Origin: Collinsella sp.
Lineage (GTDB): Bacteria; Actinomycetota; Coriobacteriia; Coriobacteriales; Coriobacteriaceae
NCBI GenBank assembly: GCA_019424985.1
Contig: JAHYYM010000007.1
Coordinates: forward strand, 4,467-68,466
Direction of reading: 5' to 3'
DNA length: 64,000 nt
The position numbers and the translations under genes are program-made. Shown here piece by piece: positions 51,561-60,609 of this stretch. The first letter of the stretch is position 1; each line of letters begins with the position of its first letter. Below the pieces are notes generated by a model. It saw only the letters and a list, made by a program, of their open reading frames with translations, ran no database searches and was not told where the DNA came from.

Positions 51561-52004
51561 TTACGCCAATTTCGCGCCAACGATCTTTGCCGCCGCAGGC
51601 TTGTCGAAGTTGCCGCCGGTGGCCTTGCCGAGTGCGCCCATGACCTGGCCCATCTGCTTCTTGGACGTGGCACCCAGCTCGGCGATGACCTGCTCGATCA
51701 GGGCCTCGAGCTCCTCGCCCGAAACCTGCGCGGGCAGCAGGCTCTCCAGAATCTTGACCTGCTCGGTCAGGTTGTCGGTACGCTCTTGGTCGGTGCCGGC
51801 CTTGATGGACATCTCCAGCGTCTCGCTCGTCTGCTTAATCAGACGCTTGATCATGCTGTTGACGTCTTCCTCGGTCACATCGCGGCGCTCGTTGACCTCG
51901 ATATTCTTCACCTCGGCCTTGACCTGGCGAATGATGGACAGGCGAACCTTGTCCTTAGCCTTCATGGCTGCGATCATTTCCTTCTGCAGCTCTTCGTTGG
52001 TCAT
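51561..52004 (-). CDS. GatB/YqeY domain-containing protein
   Basis: MTNEELQKEMIAAMKAKDKVRLSIIRQVKAEVKN. SD AGGAGG is 7 nt before ATG 52004. Confidence 0.85.
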   Translation of the reverse strand: MTNEELQKEMIAAMKAKDKVRLSIIRQVKAEVKNIEVNERRDVTEEDVNSMIKRLIKQTSETLEMSIKAGTDQERTDNLTEQVKILESLLPAQVSGEELEALIEQVIAELGATSKKQMGQVMGALGKATGGNFDKPAAAKIVGAKLA

Positions 52005-52058
52005 CTGCAAATCCTCCTCAATAGTGCGGGCGACACTCACACGAGCGCCGCCCCATGA

Positions 52059-53279
52059 TTACTCAGTCGTCGACGAATTGTCGGTCGAACTCTTGGTGAC
52101 GCCCTTCAGGCTGACGTTGTACGGCACGTCCTTGGGCATGGGGTTAACGGTGATGTCGGCGTCCTTCTTGTACTGCTCCAGCCACTCGCTGTACGCAGTG
52201 CTCTCTGCCTGCGTCTTCACCACGTTGGAGACATACTTCTTGATGTCCTTGGGTACCTGCTTGATATCATCGACCTGATTATCGACATGGAAGTAGTCGG
52301 TGCACTTGATGATGTGGTAACCATACGTCGACTCGACGACGTCGCTCACATCGCCCTTGTTGAGCCCCTCGAGCGCCGCCTGGTAGCTGTCGACGAAGGT
52401 AGTGAGCTTATCCCAACCCACATCGCCCTTCTTCTCCTTGGAGTCGGTGTCGTCGGAATACTGCTCCACGGCGTCCTCAAAGCTCAGCTCGCCGGAGTTA
52501 ATCTTGTCCAGGCACTCCTGCGCCTTGGCCTTGGCGGCAGCCTTGTCCTCGTCGGATGCGTCGGAATCGACCTTGATCAGGATGTTCGACGAGCGGCGGG
52601 CATCGTTGTACTTCGACAGGTTCTCGTTGATGTAATCGACGATCTCGCTGTCCTTGGGCTTGCTGGTGGGCGCCACGGCTTCCTTGAGCTTTTGCTGCGC
52701 CAGGCTCTCCTTGAGCGAGCTCTTATAGGTGTCCTCGGTGTAGCCGTAAGTCTTAAGCGTCTTCTTAAAGGTCTTGGCGCCGCCCGCGCTCTTGCACGCG
52801 TCCTTCCAAGCCTTCTCGACCTCCTTGTCCGACACCGTCACGCCGTTTTCCTTCTGCGCCTGCTGAAGCAGAATCTGCTGCGTGTAGGAGTCGATGAGTT
52901 GCTTGCGGTACTTCTTGGGCGTGAGGTCGTTGTCGACCAGATACTGCGCCCAGTCCTTGTCCTTGGTGTAGCCGTAAGACGTGCGCATGCTCATGATCTG
53001 CTTTGTCACGGTGTCCTCGGTGAGGTTGGTGCCGTTGATAGTGGCAGCCACACCGCCGGTAAGCTTGTAGCCCGAGGTATCCTCTGCCTGCGACATAAGG
53101 CCGGAGCATGCCATGGCCGAGACGGAAAGCAGCATCGCCAGCACGCCGATGACCACCAGAACGATCTTGACGGTCTTAGACACGTACGTCTTGCGCTGCT
53201 TCTTACGAGAGCTCGACGCGGCGCGGGCCTGCTGCTCGGGCGTCGGTGCGGCCTCGGAGTTCTTTTTCTTGTTTGCCAT
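52059..53279 (-). CDS. Membrane-anchored peptidylprolyl isomerase (SurA-N / parvulin, PrsA-like)
   Basis: N-terminal TM helix and parvulin domain (SNILIKV...GDVGWDKL...GYHIIK). Confidence 0.85.
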   Translation of the reverse strand: MANKKKNSEAAPTPEQQARAASSSRKKQRKTYVSKTVKIVLVVIGVLAMLLSVSAMACSGLMSQAEDTSGYKLTGGVAATINGTNLTEDTVTKQIMSMRTSYGYTKDKDWAQYLVDNDLTPKKYRKQLIDSYTQQILLQQAQKENGVTVSDKEVEKAWKDACKSAGGAKTFKKTLKTYGYTEDTYKSSLKESLAQQKLKEAVAPTSKPKDSEIVDYINENLSKYNDARRSSNILIKVDSDASDEDKAAAKAKAQECLDKINSGELSFEDAVEQYSDDTDSKEKKGDVGWDKLTTFVDSYQAALEGLNKGDVSDVVESTYGYHIIKCTDYFHVDNQVDDIKQVPKDIKKYVSNVVKTQAESTAYSEWLEQYKKDADITVNPMPKDVPYNVSLKGVTKSSTDNSSTTE

Positions 53280-53355
53280 AGTTGGCCTTTCGCATCACGA
53301 ATCGAACAAACGCCATTGTGTCACAACGCAGCCCCCGCGACAAAGGGGCAACCCT

Positions 53356-53409
53356 GGCACTTGGGGACGTTCCTTTTCTGCCGGCAGTTAGGGACAGTCC
53401 CCAAGTGCC
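53356..53409. repeat. 13-bp-stem hairpin built from GGGGAC-core modules, 5 nt after the EIIA stop
   Basis: ggcacttggggac / gtccccaagtgcc. The loop cgttccttttctgccggcagttagggaca shares modules with 78-117. Confidence 0.7.
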
Positions 53410-53413
53410 GGCT

Positions 53414-53881
53414 TTAAAAGTGGCGGCGGATGGCGTCGACCATGCCTTGGGACGTGGTCTGGCCGAGCACATCGGCTGCGACGTCCGCGTCCATAAAGAT
53501 ATTCATGAGCGCTTGCAGGGCCTCGACCTGGCCGCCCGGCTCGGCAATGCCCAAATTGATGACGATCTGCGCCGGCACAGGGGCACCCATGCCCGCCATA
53601 GCATTGAATGTCACGGGCGTGGCCGGCTTCACCACCGCGATGTAGGGCTTAGCCACAAACCCCGGATCGGTATGCGGGATGGCAATGTTGGCCGCCGGCA
53701 TGGCAAGCCCCGTGGGATAGGCGTCCTCGCGCGTGCGAACGGCGTCGAGCCAACCGTCGGCAATGTAGCCGCGCGGGGCAAGCTCGTCCTCGAGCCGCGT
53801 AAACACCTCATCCGGCGTTGCACACTCCCAATCAAAAAACACCAGCTCAGGCGAGAAAAGCGCCTCGGCGTTATCCGCCAT
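53414..53881 (-). CDS. PTS EIIA component, fructose/mannitol (EIIA-2) family, stand-alone
   Basis: PTS_EIIA_2 fold with the active-site region ANIAIPHTD. SD GGAGG before ATG 53881. Confidence 0.8.
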   Translation of the reverse strand: MADNAEALFSPELVFFDWECATPDEVFTRLEDELAPRGYIADGWLDAVRTREDAYPTGLAMPAANIAIPHTDPGFVAKPYIAVVKPATPVTFNAMAGMGAPVPAQIVINLGIAEPGGQVEALQALMNIFMDADVAADVLGQTTSQGMVDAIRRHF

Positions 53882-53946
53882 ACCGTCCTCCAAAGTTGCA
53901 TGGGGCTCACATTGCCCCATATGATAGCGAAACCAGACAGACAAGG

Positions 53947-54420
53947 TTAGTCGAGGATCCCGATCATCTCGAGTGCGCGCGCGGGCGTCAAGCATACCTC
54001 GGGCATCGTCTCCAACATGCGTCGGTCGCTCGTGACTACGTAGTCAACATCCGCCGTATCGCCCGAGGCGATAATGAGATTGTCCTCGAGGTCCGGCATG
54101 CGCTTGCCAAGCATGCGCGCCATCTCGCACTCCGCCATCGAAAGCGGGGAAGCCGTTGCCACCTGCATCATATGCTCGACGCATGCCCATGCAGCCGGAC
54201 CGAACGAAGCGTTAATCCCATTCACATTCCGTCGAGCTAGACGCCGAGGCAAGATGTAGAACACGTCCTTTGCCGTCGTTGGCGCGTACAGAAGGTCGAT
54301 CTTTCCCGCTTCGGCCAGTTCAACCAATCTTCTCACGTTGTCGAATGCGCCCTCTTGCAGGTAGTAATCAAGCCAAACATTCGTGTCCACCAAGAGCCGC
54401 TTTGCCTCAATCATCGGCAA
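53947..54420 (-). CDS. PIN-domain toxin (VapC-like)
   Basis: LLVDTNVWLDY, LEDNLIIA and VVTSD acidic PIN residues. 10-nt overlap with the upstream antitoxin gene. Confidence 0.8.
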   Translation of the reverse strand: MPMIEAKRLLVDTNVWLDYYLQEGAFDNVRRLVELAEAGKIDLLYAPTTAKDVFYILPRRLARRNVNGINASFGPAAWACVEHMMQVATASPLSMAECEMARMLGKRMPDLEDNLIIASGDTADVDYVVTSDRRMLETMPEVCLTPARALEMIGILD

Positions 54421-54755
54421 TTCGCCTCTATGTCGGCAATCATCGCGTCATACATATCATCGCGTACGGCATCCCAGTTGTCCGCCGATGATTCGCCTGG
54501 CGCAAAATCTGAGAAGCTCAACCCCAATGAGGAAAAAGCCAGACCACACCCCTGTTCGGCAAGACTCTTCGCACGGGGCGTCTCGCACTTATCCGTCACC
54601 ATAAATCCCGGCAACGTTTGATGCTCGGCAAGATAGGTCCAAAGCGCACGAATGGCGTCACTCGGCCCCAGCCCATTACGAGTCAGGACCGCATCGCCAC
54701 CGGCCTTGAGCATAGGGTCGATTCGTGTGTTGAGCTGCACCGTTGCTGTACCCAT
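54411..54755 (-). CDS. RelB/DinJ-family (ribbon-helix-helix) antitoxin
   Basis: VQLNTRIDPMLKAGGDAVLTRNGLGPSDAIRALWTYL, typical of a DinJ/RelB N-terminus. Confidence 0.75.
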   Translation of the reverse strand: MGTATVQLNTRIDPMLKAGGDAVLTRNGLGPSDAIRALWTYLAEHQTLPGFMVTDKCETPRAKSLAEQGCGLAFSSLGLSFSDFAPGESSADNWDAVRDDMYDAMIADIEANCR

Positions 54756-54771
54756 AGCGGCTCCTCTCTAC

Positions 54772-54807
54772 TTGCTAGCAGTATAGCAAACAGAGTAGAC
54801 CACACAA
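54772..54807 (-). promoter_or_regulatory. Candidate TA promoter with palindromic operator over the -10 box
   Basis: Minus sense: TTGTGT (54807-54802), 16 nt, TATACT (54785-54780). Inverted repeat TTGCTA-N6-TAGCAA (54772-54789). Confidence 0.45.
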
Positions 54808-54808
54808 A

Positions 54809-54838
54809 AGGGCCCCGCCCGCGCACGGACAGGGCCCT
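54809..54838 (-). terminator. Terminator after purN
   Basis: AGGGCCC ... GGGCCCT stem, followed on the minus strand by TTTGTGTG. Confidence 0.5.
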
Positions 54839-54898
54839 ATCAGATTTTCTAGATCGCTTACGTCCCAAAGAACGCTCAATGAGCCCTCTTACACACGA

Positions 54899-55597
54899 CT
54901 AGCGTGCCGGATCAATTGCGACCTTGCCGCTCTCCAACACGTGGACGCGGCCGTCGGCGAGCATCTGCACGACCTCGGGATACAGCACGTGCTCGATCGC
55001 GTGGATGTGCTCCTCGAGCGTGTCGACGTCCCAGCCCTCCTCAACAGCCAGCGCACGCTGGGCAATGATGGGGCCGTTGTCGTAGATCTCGTTGGCAAAG
55101 TGCACGGTCACGCCGGTCACCTTGACGCCGCGAGCAAACGCATCGTCGATCGCGTGGGCGCCGGTAAAGCTCGGCAGCAGCGCCGGGTGCAAGTTGACCA
55201 CGCGGTTGGGAAACGCCGCCAGCAGCGGGGTGTGCACCATACGCATGTAGCCGGCCATCACCACGTACTCGCAGCCGCGCTCGAGCAGCTCGTGCGCGAT
55301 GATCTCGTCGGCGGCGATGGGGTCAGCATAGACATCCTTGGACAGCGTGAGCGTCTGGATGCCCGCACGCTCGGCGCGCTGCAGACCCTTGGCCGAAGGA
55401 CGGCTCGACACCACAAGCTCAATCGACGCATTGAGCTTACCAGCGGCGATCAGATCGATCAGCGCCTGCAGGTTGGTACCCGAACCGCTGATGAGCACAC
55501 CGATCTTGAGCGGCTCAGCCGTATCGGTGCCGGTCGGACGGGTGTAGGGCACAAAGCCCAGGCTCTCGGCAGCAGCCATCTGCTCGTTAGCGCTCAT
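54899..55597 (-). CDS. purN: Phosphoribosylglycinamide formyltransferase
   Basis: GVLISGSGTNLQA, NLHPALLP, HFANEIYDNGPII. Confidence 0.95.
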   Translation of the reverse strand: MSANEQMAAAESLGFVPYTRPTGTDTAEPLKIGVLISGSGTNLQALIDLIAAGKLNASIELVVSSRPSAKGLQRAERAGIQTLTLSKDVYADPIAADEIIAHELLERGCEYVVMAGYMRMVHTPLLAAFPNRVVNLHPALLPSFTGAHAIDDAFARGVKVTGVTVHFANEIYDNGPIIAQRALAVEEGWDVDTLEEHIHAIEHVLYPEVVQMLADGRVHVLESGKVAIDPAR

Positions 55598-56690
55598 CGG
55601 AGTACACGACCTTACCGGAACCCTCGACGCACTCGCCCACGCGGAACGGCTTCTCGCCCAGCGCGACCAGGGCCTCGGTAACCGCGGCCTCGTCCTCGGG
55701 GGCGACGATCAGGCACAGGCCGACGCCCATGTTGAAGGTCTTGCATGCCTCGTTGGGCGCGAGCTCGGCCTGACGCGACACGTAGGTGATGACGGGCGGA
55801 ACGTCCCAACCCATCTCGGCGCCGTTGCGGGTGACCACGGCGTCGACGTCGTCGGCGAGTGCACGGTTGAGGTTCTCGGTAATACCGCCGCCAGTGATGT
55901 GGGCGATGGCGTGCACGTTGGCGCCGCCGCGCAGCAGCTCCAGGATCGGCTTGACGTAGATGCGCGTGGGGGCCAACAGAGCGTCTGCCAGCGATGCACC
56001 GCCGAGCTCCTCGAGCGGACGGCTCAGCTCCTCGGCCTTAGCGACGGCCTCGGGCGTGCCCGGCTTAACGCCGTCGACGCCAATGACCTTACGCACGAGC
56101 GAGTAGCCGTTGGAGTGCACGCCGGTGGAAGGCAGGCCCAGGATCACATCGCCCGGGCGGACGTTTGCGGGGTCGAGCATCTTGGGACGGTCGACGACGC
56201 CCACGGTAAATCCGGCAAGGTCGTAGTCGGCAGGAGCCATGACGCCCGGGTGCTCGGCCATCTCACCGCCCACGAGCGCGCAGCCCGCGAGCTTGCAGCC
56301 GTCGGCCACACCCTTGATAATCTTTGCCATGTGCTCGGCCTCGATGTGACCGATGGCAACGTAGTCCAGGAAGAACAGCGGCTCGGCGCCCGAAGCCAGA
56401 ATATCGTTGACGCACATAGCGACCAGGTCCTGGCCAACCGTCTCGTGACGGTCCATGATCTGGGCGAGCACGAGCTTGGTGCCCACGCCGTCGGTACCGC
56501 TAATCAGAATCGGGTCTTCCATATCCTTAAGCGCGGCAGCCGAGAACAAACCACCGAAGCCGCCGATGCCGCCGATAACCTCGGGGCGATTGGTATCCTT
56601 GACCATCTGCTTAATCGCGTCGACGGCGCGGCCGCCCTCGGCGGTATCGACGCCGGCGTCCTCGTACGTCACATGCTTGCTGTCGCTCAT
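55587..56690 (-). CDS. purM: Phosphoribosylformylglycinamidine cyclo-ligase (AIR synthetase)
   Basis: YEDAGVD, GTDGVGTKL, PurM N and C domains. Confidence 0.95.
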   Translation of the reverse strand: MSDSKHVTYEDAGVDTAEGGRAVDAIKQMVKDTNRPEVIGGIGGFGGLFSAAALKDMEDPILISGTDGVGTKLVLAQIMDRHETVGQDLVAMCVNDILASGAEPLFFLDYVAIGHIEAEHMAKIIKGVADGCKLAGCALVGGEMAEHPGVMAPADYDLAGFTVGVVDRPKMLDPANVRPGDVILGLPSTGVHSNGYSLVRKVIGVDGVKPGTPEAVAKAEELSRPLEELGGASLADALLAPTRIYVKPILELLRGGANVHAIAHITGGGITENLNRALADDVDAVVTRNGAEMGWDVPPVITYVSRQAELAPNEACKTFNMGVGLCLIVAPEDEAAVTEALVALGEKPFRVGECVEGSGKVVYSDER

Positions 56691-56802
56691 CTGAGCCTTC
56701 CTCTCCCACTACCGTGGCGCCGCACGGGCGCCAAACGGTGCTCATAGTTGCGTTCATTTCGGCGCGCGCCATAACAGCACGCGCCGTCATATCAACAAAA
56801 CA

Positions 56803-56848
56803 GCAGGTAAAACCTACCAAAATAAACCTGTCCCCATATGGCAGGTTT
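56803..56848 (-). terminator. Terminator-bearing repeat module (copy 3) starting at the purF stop codon
   Basis: Minus sense: aaacctgccatatggggacaggtttattttggtaggttttacctgc. Same module as 44387-44430. Confidence 0.65.
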
Positions 56849-58518
56849 TATGCCTCGCCGTGCTCCTCTTCCCAGCTGCGGTCGTCGTATTTCTCGATCA
56901 CGGCGTCGTCGTCAAAGTGCAGCGGCTTGTCCAGGTTGCGGGGCTTAAAGCCCTCCATAAACTTGTCGCGGCCAAAGCTCTCGGGAATCGCCACGGGGTA
57001 GCGGCCGGTAAAGCACGCATCGCAGTAACCGCCCTTGGGCATGACCTTAAGCAGGCCCTCGACCGAAAGGAAGGCCAGCGAATCGGCGCCGATATACTCG
57101 CAAATCTCGTCGACCGTCTTGTTGGCGCTGATAAGCTGCGACTGCACGTCGGTATCGATACCGTAGAAGCACGGCCAGATGACCTCGGGCGAGTTGATGC
57201 GGATATGAATCTCCTTGGCGCCGGCGTTGCGCAGCATCTTGACGAGCTGCACCATGGTGGTGCCGCGCACGATGGAGTCGTCGATGACGACCAGGCGCTT
57301 GCCCTCGATGTTGTCGCGCAGCGGGTTGAGTTTCATACGCACGCCCATGGCGCGCAACTCCTGCGTAGGCTCGATAAACGTACGGCCCACGTAGCGGTTC
57401 TTGATAAGGCCCTCGCCAAAGGGAATACCGCTCTCGTGCGAATACCCCTCCGCAGGCGGCAGGCCGGAGTCGGGCACGCCGATGACCAGGTCGGCCTCGA
57501 CAGGCTCCTCATGTGCCAGCTGACGACCCATGTCGTAACGGCAGGCATAGACGCTCTTGCCGTTCATGATGGAGTCGGGGCGGGCAAAGTAGACCTGCTC
57601 AAAGATGCAGTTGGCGGGCTCTTCGGCTGCAGGCACGCCCTGCTCGGATACCAGTCCCTCGGCGCTGATGCGCAAGATCTCGCCGGGACGGACGTCACGG
57701 ACGTACTCGGCACCCACGATGTCGAGTGCGCAGGTCTCGGAAGCAACGACCCAGCCGCCGGCGCGCGTGACACGGACGGCGGAGTCGACCGTCGCGGCGC
57801 CGTCCTGCGACGGCAGCTGCGAAACGGCTGCGGCATCGGCCTGGTCCAGACCCTCGTCCACCAGCTTGCCCAGCACGAGCGGGCGAATGCCGTGTGGATC
57901 GCGAAATGCGTAGAGCGCCTGCTCGTTGATGAGCGTCATGGCGTAGCCGCCGCGCACGAGCTCCATGGTCTTGCGAATACCCTCGCGCAGGTGGCCCGTA
58001 CGCTGGGTAAAGTAGCCGATAAGCTTGGTCGCGACCTCGGAATCCGAATTGGAGAGGAACGGCACGCCCAGCTCGATCAGCTGACGGCGCAGCTCGTCGG
58101 TGTTGACGAGGGTGCCGTTGTGCGCGAGCGCGATAATGACGCTATTGATGGTAGAGAGGTGCGGCTGAGAGGCTTCCCAGCTCTTGGCGCCGGCAGTGCC
58201 GTAGCGCACATGACCCACGGCCAGCTGGCCGGAGAGCGTCGACAGGTCGGCGTTGGAGAACACGCGGTCGAGCAGGCCCAGATCTTTGCGGACCATAACC
58301 GTGCCGCCGTCACCCACGGCGATTCCAGCCGATTCCTGGCCACGGTGCTGCAGCGCACGCAGGCCAAAGTACGTCAGTCGAGCCACGTCGCGATCGGGCG
58401 CCCATACGCCGAAAATGCCACATTCCTCATGCAGCTGGTCGGAGTCCGGATCATACGTCGACATGGTGTTCACCTGTCCCGCGGCACGCTCGGCCGCGCG
58501 GATGGTTTCTTGAGACAT
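56848..58518 (-). CDS. purF: Amidophosphoribosyltransferase
   Basis: Propeptide then the catalytic CGIFGV. PRTase motif VVIDDSIVRGTT. C-terminal Fe-S Cys residues. Confidence 0.95.
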   Translation of the reverse strand: MSQETIRAAERAAGQVNTMSTYDPDSDQLHEECGIFGVWAPDRDVARLTYFGLRALQHRGQESAGIAVGDGGTVMVRKDLGLLDRVFSNADLSTLSGQLAVGHVRYGTAGAKSWEASQPHLSTINSVIIALAHNGTLVNTDELRRQLIELGVPFLSNSDSEVATKLIGYFTQRTGHLREGIRKTMELVRGGYAMTLINEQALYAFRDPHGIRPLVLGKLVDEGLDQADAAAVSQLPSQDGAATVDSAVRVTRAGGWVVASETCALDIVGAEYVRDVRPGEILRISAEGLVSEQGVPAAEEPANCIFEQVYFARPDSIMNGKSVYACRYDMGRQLAHEEPVEADLVIGVPDSGLPPAEGYSHESGIPFGEGLIKNRYVGRTFIEPTQELRAMGVRMKLNPLRDNIEGKRLVVIDDSIVRGTTMVQLVKMLRNAGAKEIHIRINSPEVIWPCFYGIDTDVQSQLISANKTVDEICEYIGADSLAFLSVEGLLKVMPKGGYCDACFTGRYPVAIPESFGRDKFMEGFKPRNLDKPLHFDDDAVIEKYDDRSWEEEHGEA

Positions 58519-58805
58519 GGTATCCCCTCAGAGCCTCGTATTTTTGGCGTTACCCGCCTTATTATACGCACGGCGCGACGTGCTCCCCAGCGCATGAGCA
58601 GCGCTTTTTAAAAGCCCACCGAGCTAATAATCAGTTTTGTTGCCAAACATTTTATCGGTCTGTCCAGTGCAAGCGCCCGCGCCCCCCAGATGGCCGCCGC
58701 GTCCACCGTTGGGGATTACAAAGTTGCAATTGGGACGTTCGTCCTGTCTTTTGGCAGGTCGGCGGCGTATCCTTATAACCTACAACAAAGCGAGAAAGGT
58801 TCTGT

Positions 58806-60035
58806 ATGGATCGAAACGAACTCGACCCCAGCGTCCCCAGCGCCACAGAGGTCAAGAAGATTCCCCTCATCATTAAGGTGTACGCCGTCCTGTGCATCCT
58901 TTCCGGCGTGGGCACGCTCCCGTCGGTCGCTGCCTTTATGTGGCAGGTCATCACGGCACTTGTTAACGGCAACGCCACCGAAAAGCTCGGCGACAACACG
59001 CTCGTCGCAGTCGGCCTTATCGTCGCCGGCATCATGCTCTCTGCGGCAAGTGCCGTCATCCTAATCATCTTTGGCCTGGACCTTATCAAAAACCAGCGCC
59101 GCAACGCCGCCCGCCTGTCCTACATCCTTATTGCATTCACCGTCGTCGAGCTTTTGGTCGACGTGATGCTCCAGGGCATCGGGCCCTTCCTGCTGCGTCC
59201 CGCGATCCAGCTCGGCATCCTTGTTGCACTTTCGGCAACCGTCGACCCCACGCTGCGTCAGGAGCGCGAACTGCAGCGCCGCCTGCAGGAGATGCTCGAC
59301 CGCGACGCTGCCGCCGAGGGCATGCTCGGCCGCGATGAAACCGGCGAGGGCTACATCAAGCTCAACTACTTCAACCTGTTCTGGGTGTTCTTTGTCTGCT
59401 GCATACTCGGCCTGATCGCCGAGGACATCTGGCACATGACGGTCGACGACCCAGGCGTCTATCAGAACCGCGCCGGCATGCTGTTTGGCCCCTTCAGCCC
59501 CATCTACGGATTTGGCGCCGTGCTCATGACCATGGTGCTTAACCGCTTCTACAAAAAGAACCCCATCATCATTTTCCTGGTGAGCGCCCTGCTCGGCGCC
59601 AGCTTTGAGGTGTTCGTGGGCTGGTTTATGCAGACCGCGTTTGGCGTGGTCTCGTGGAGCTACTCGCACATAACGCTGTTCGGTTTGCCCGATCCGCTCG
59701 TGGTCCTCACGGGCGGACGCACCTGCACGGGCTTCGCCTGCCTGTGGGGCCTGGGCGGCCTCATCTGGATCAAGCTGCTGCTGCCGAGGCTGCTTAAGCT
59801 TATCAACAAGATCCCCTGGAAGAGCCGCTACTCGGCCACCGTCATCTTTACCGTTATCATGCTGGTCGACGGCGTCATGACGCTGCAGTCGCTCGACTAC
59901 TGGTACCAGCGCGTTAACGGCACGGAGCCGGACATTCCCGTCGCACAGTTCTACGGAGAGCACTTCGATAACGAGTACATGGAAAACCGCTTCCAGAGCA
60001 TGACCATGAGCCCCAAGGATGCGACGCGCGTGTAG
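58806..60035 (+). CDS. Multi-pass membrane protein; C-terminal half resembles the putative ABC-transporter type IV (PF06541-like) family
   Basis: ~9 TM segments and the FGPFSPIYGFGAVLM motif. Function unknown. Confidence 0.55.
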   Translation: MDRNELDPSVPSATEVKKIPLIIKVYAVLCILSGVGTLPSVAAFMWQVITALVNGNATEKLGDNTLVAVGLIVAGIMLSAASAVILIIFGLDLIKNQRRNAARLSYILIAFTVVELLVDVMLQGIGPFLLRPAIQLGILVALSATVDPTLRQERELQRRLQEMLDRDAAAEGMLGRDETGEGYIKLNYFNLFWVFFVCCILGLIAEDIWHMTVDDPGVYQNRAGMLFGPFSPIYGFGAVLMTMVLNRFYKKNPIIIFLVSALLGASFEVFVGWFMQTAFGVVSWSYSHITLFGLPDPLVVLTGGRTCTGFACLWGLGGLIWIKLLLPRLLKLINKIPWKSRYSATVIFTVIMLVDGVMTLQSLDYWYQRVNGTEPDIPVAQFYGEHFDNEYMENRFQSMTMSPKDATRV

Positions 60036-60056
60036 CGCCCACCGCGCCCAAAACGC

Positions 60057-60096
60057 AAAATGCCCGCCGGTATCACACGTACCGGTGGGCATTTTT
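60057..60096. terminator. Bidirectional terminator between convergent genes
   Basis: aaaatgcccgccggta ... taccggtgggcattttt. Confidence 0.75.
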
Positions 60097-60125
60097 ATAA
60101 ACGATCCTTCTATCGACGCAAGCCT

Positions 60126-60545
60126 CTACGCCTCGCGCTCGACCTCACTCACGCATTCGTTCTTAATGGTGCCAACGAGCGCCTGCAGCGCATCGACCAC
60201 GTGTGGGCGAATGTCCCCGCCGATGAGCACGAGCATGATGTCGTCACCTACGGCAAGCTCGCCGCTTGCCAGCCACACACGCACATAGCCGATACCCGGC
60301 ATCGCACGCGTCGCCTCGATAGCAGCCTGCACCTTCTGAGCATCGAAGCCAAACACCATGCCGCCCACCTTATGCCCAGGCGCCACGCCATCGGTCTCGA
60401 CTCCGCGCACCTCAGCCTTGGGCGTCGCGCGCACCACACCGTTATGCGTCAGATACATCCCACAGCCTGCCGCCGAAGCATCGGCCTTGGCCTCGCGCAG
60501 CCAAGCATCAATCGAAGGCATCAATTTGCCACTCTCGAGCATCAT
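60126..60545 (-). CDS. MoaE-like (molybdopterin synthase large subunit fold) protein, divergent and orphan
   Basis: The pattern GMYLTHNGVVR...VRVWLASGELAVGDDIMLVLIGGDIRPHVVDALQALVGTIK parallels MoaE FTGKVRN...HRIGEL.PGD.IV.V.V.S.HR..AF.A. No other moa genes are in the window. Confidence 0.45.
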   Translation of the reverse strand: MMLESGKLMPSIDAWLREAKADASAAGCGMYLTHNGVVRATPKAEVRGVETDGVAPGHKVGGMVFGFDAQKVQAAIEATRAMPGIGYVRVWLASGELAVGDDIMLVLIGGDIRPHVVDALQALVGTIKNECVSEVEREA

Positions 60546-60609
60546 TTCTCCCTTACCGTCGTCGAGTAGCCAATTTGGGACGGGGCCTTTTTAGCTACTC
60601 TCGAACAAC

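Noticed and set aside
60563-60604. Hairpin cgagtagc…gctactc between the sortase stop and the MoaE-like gene start, as a terminator
   Set aside because: The stem is short and interrupted, the loop is 23 nt, and there is no U-tract. I am not confident enough to list it as a feature.
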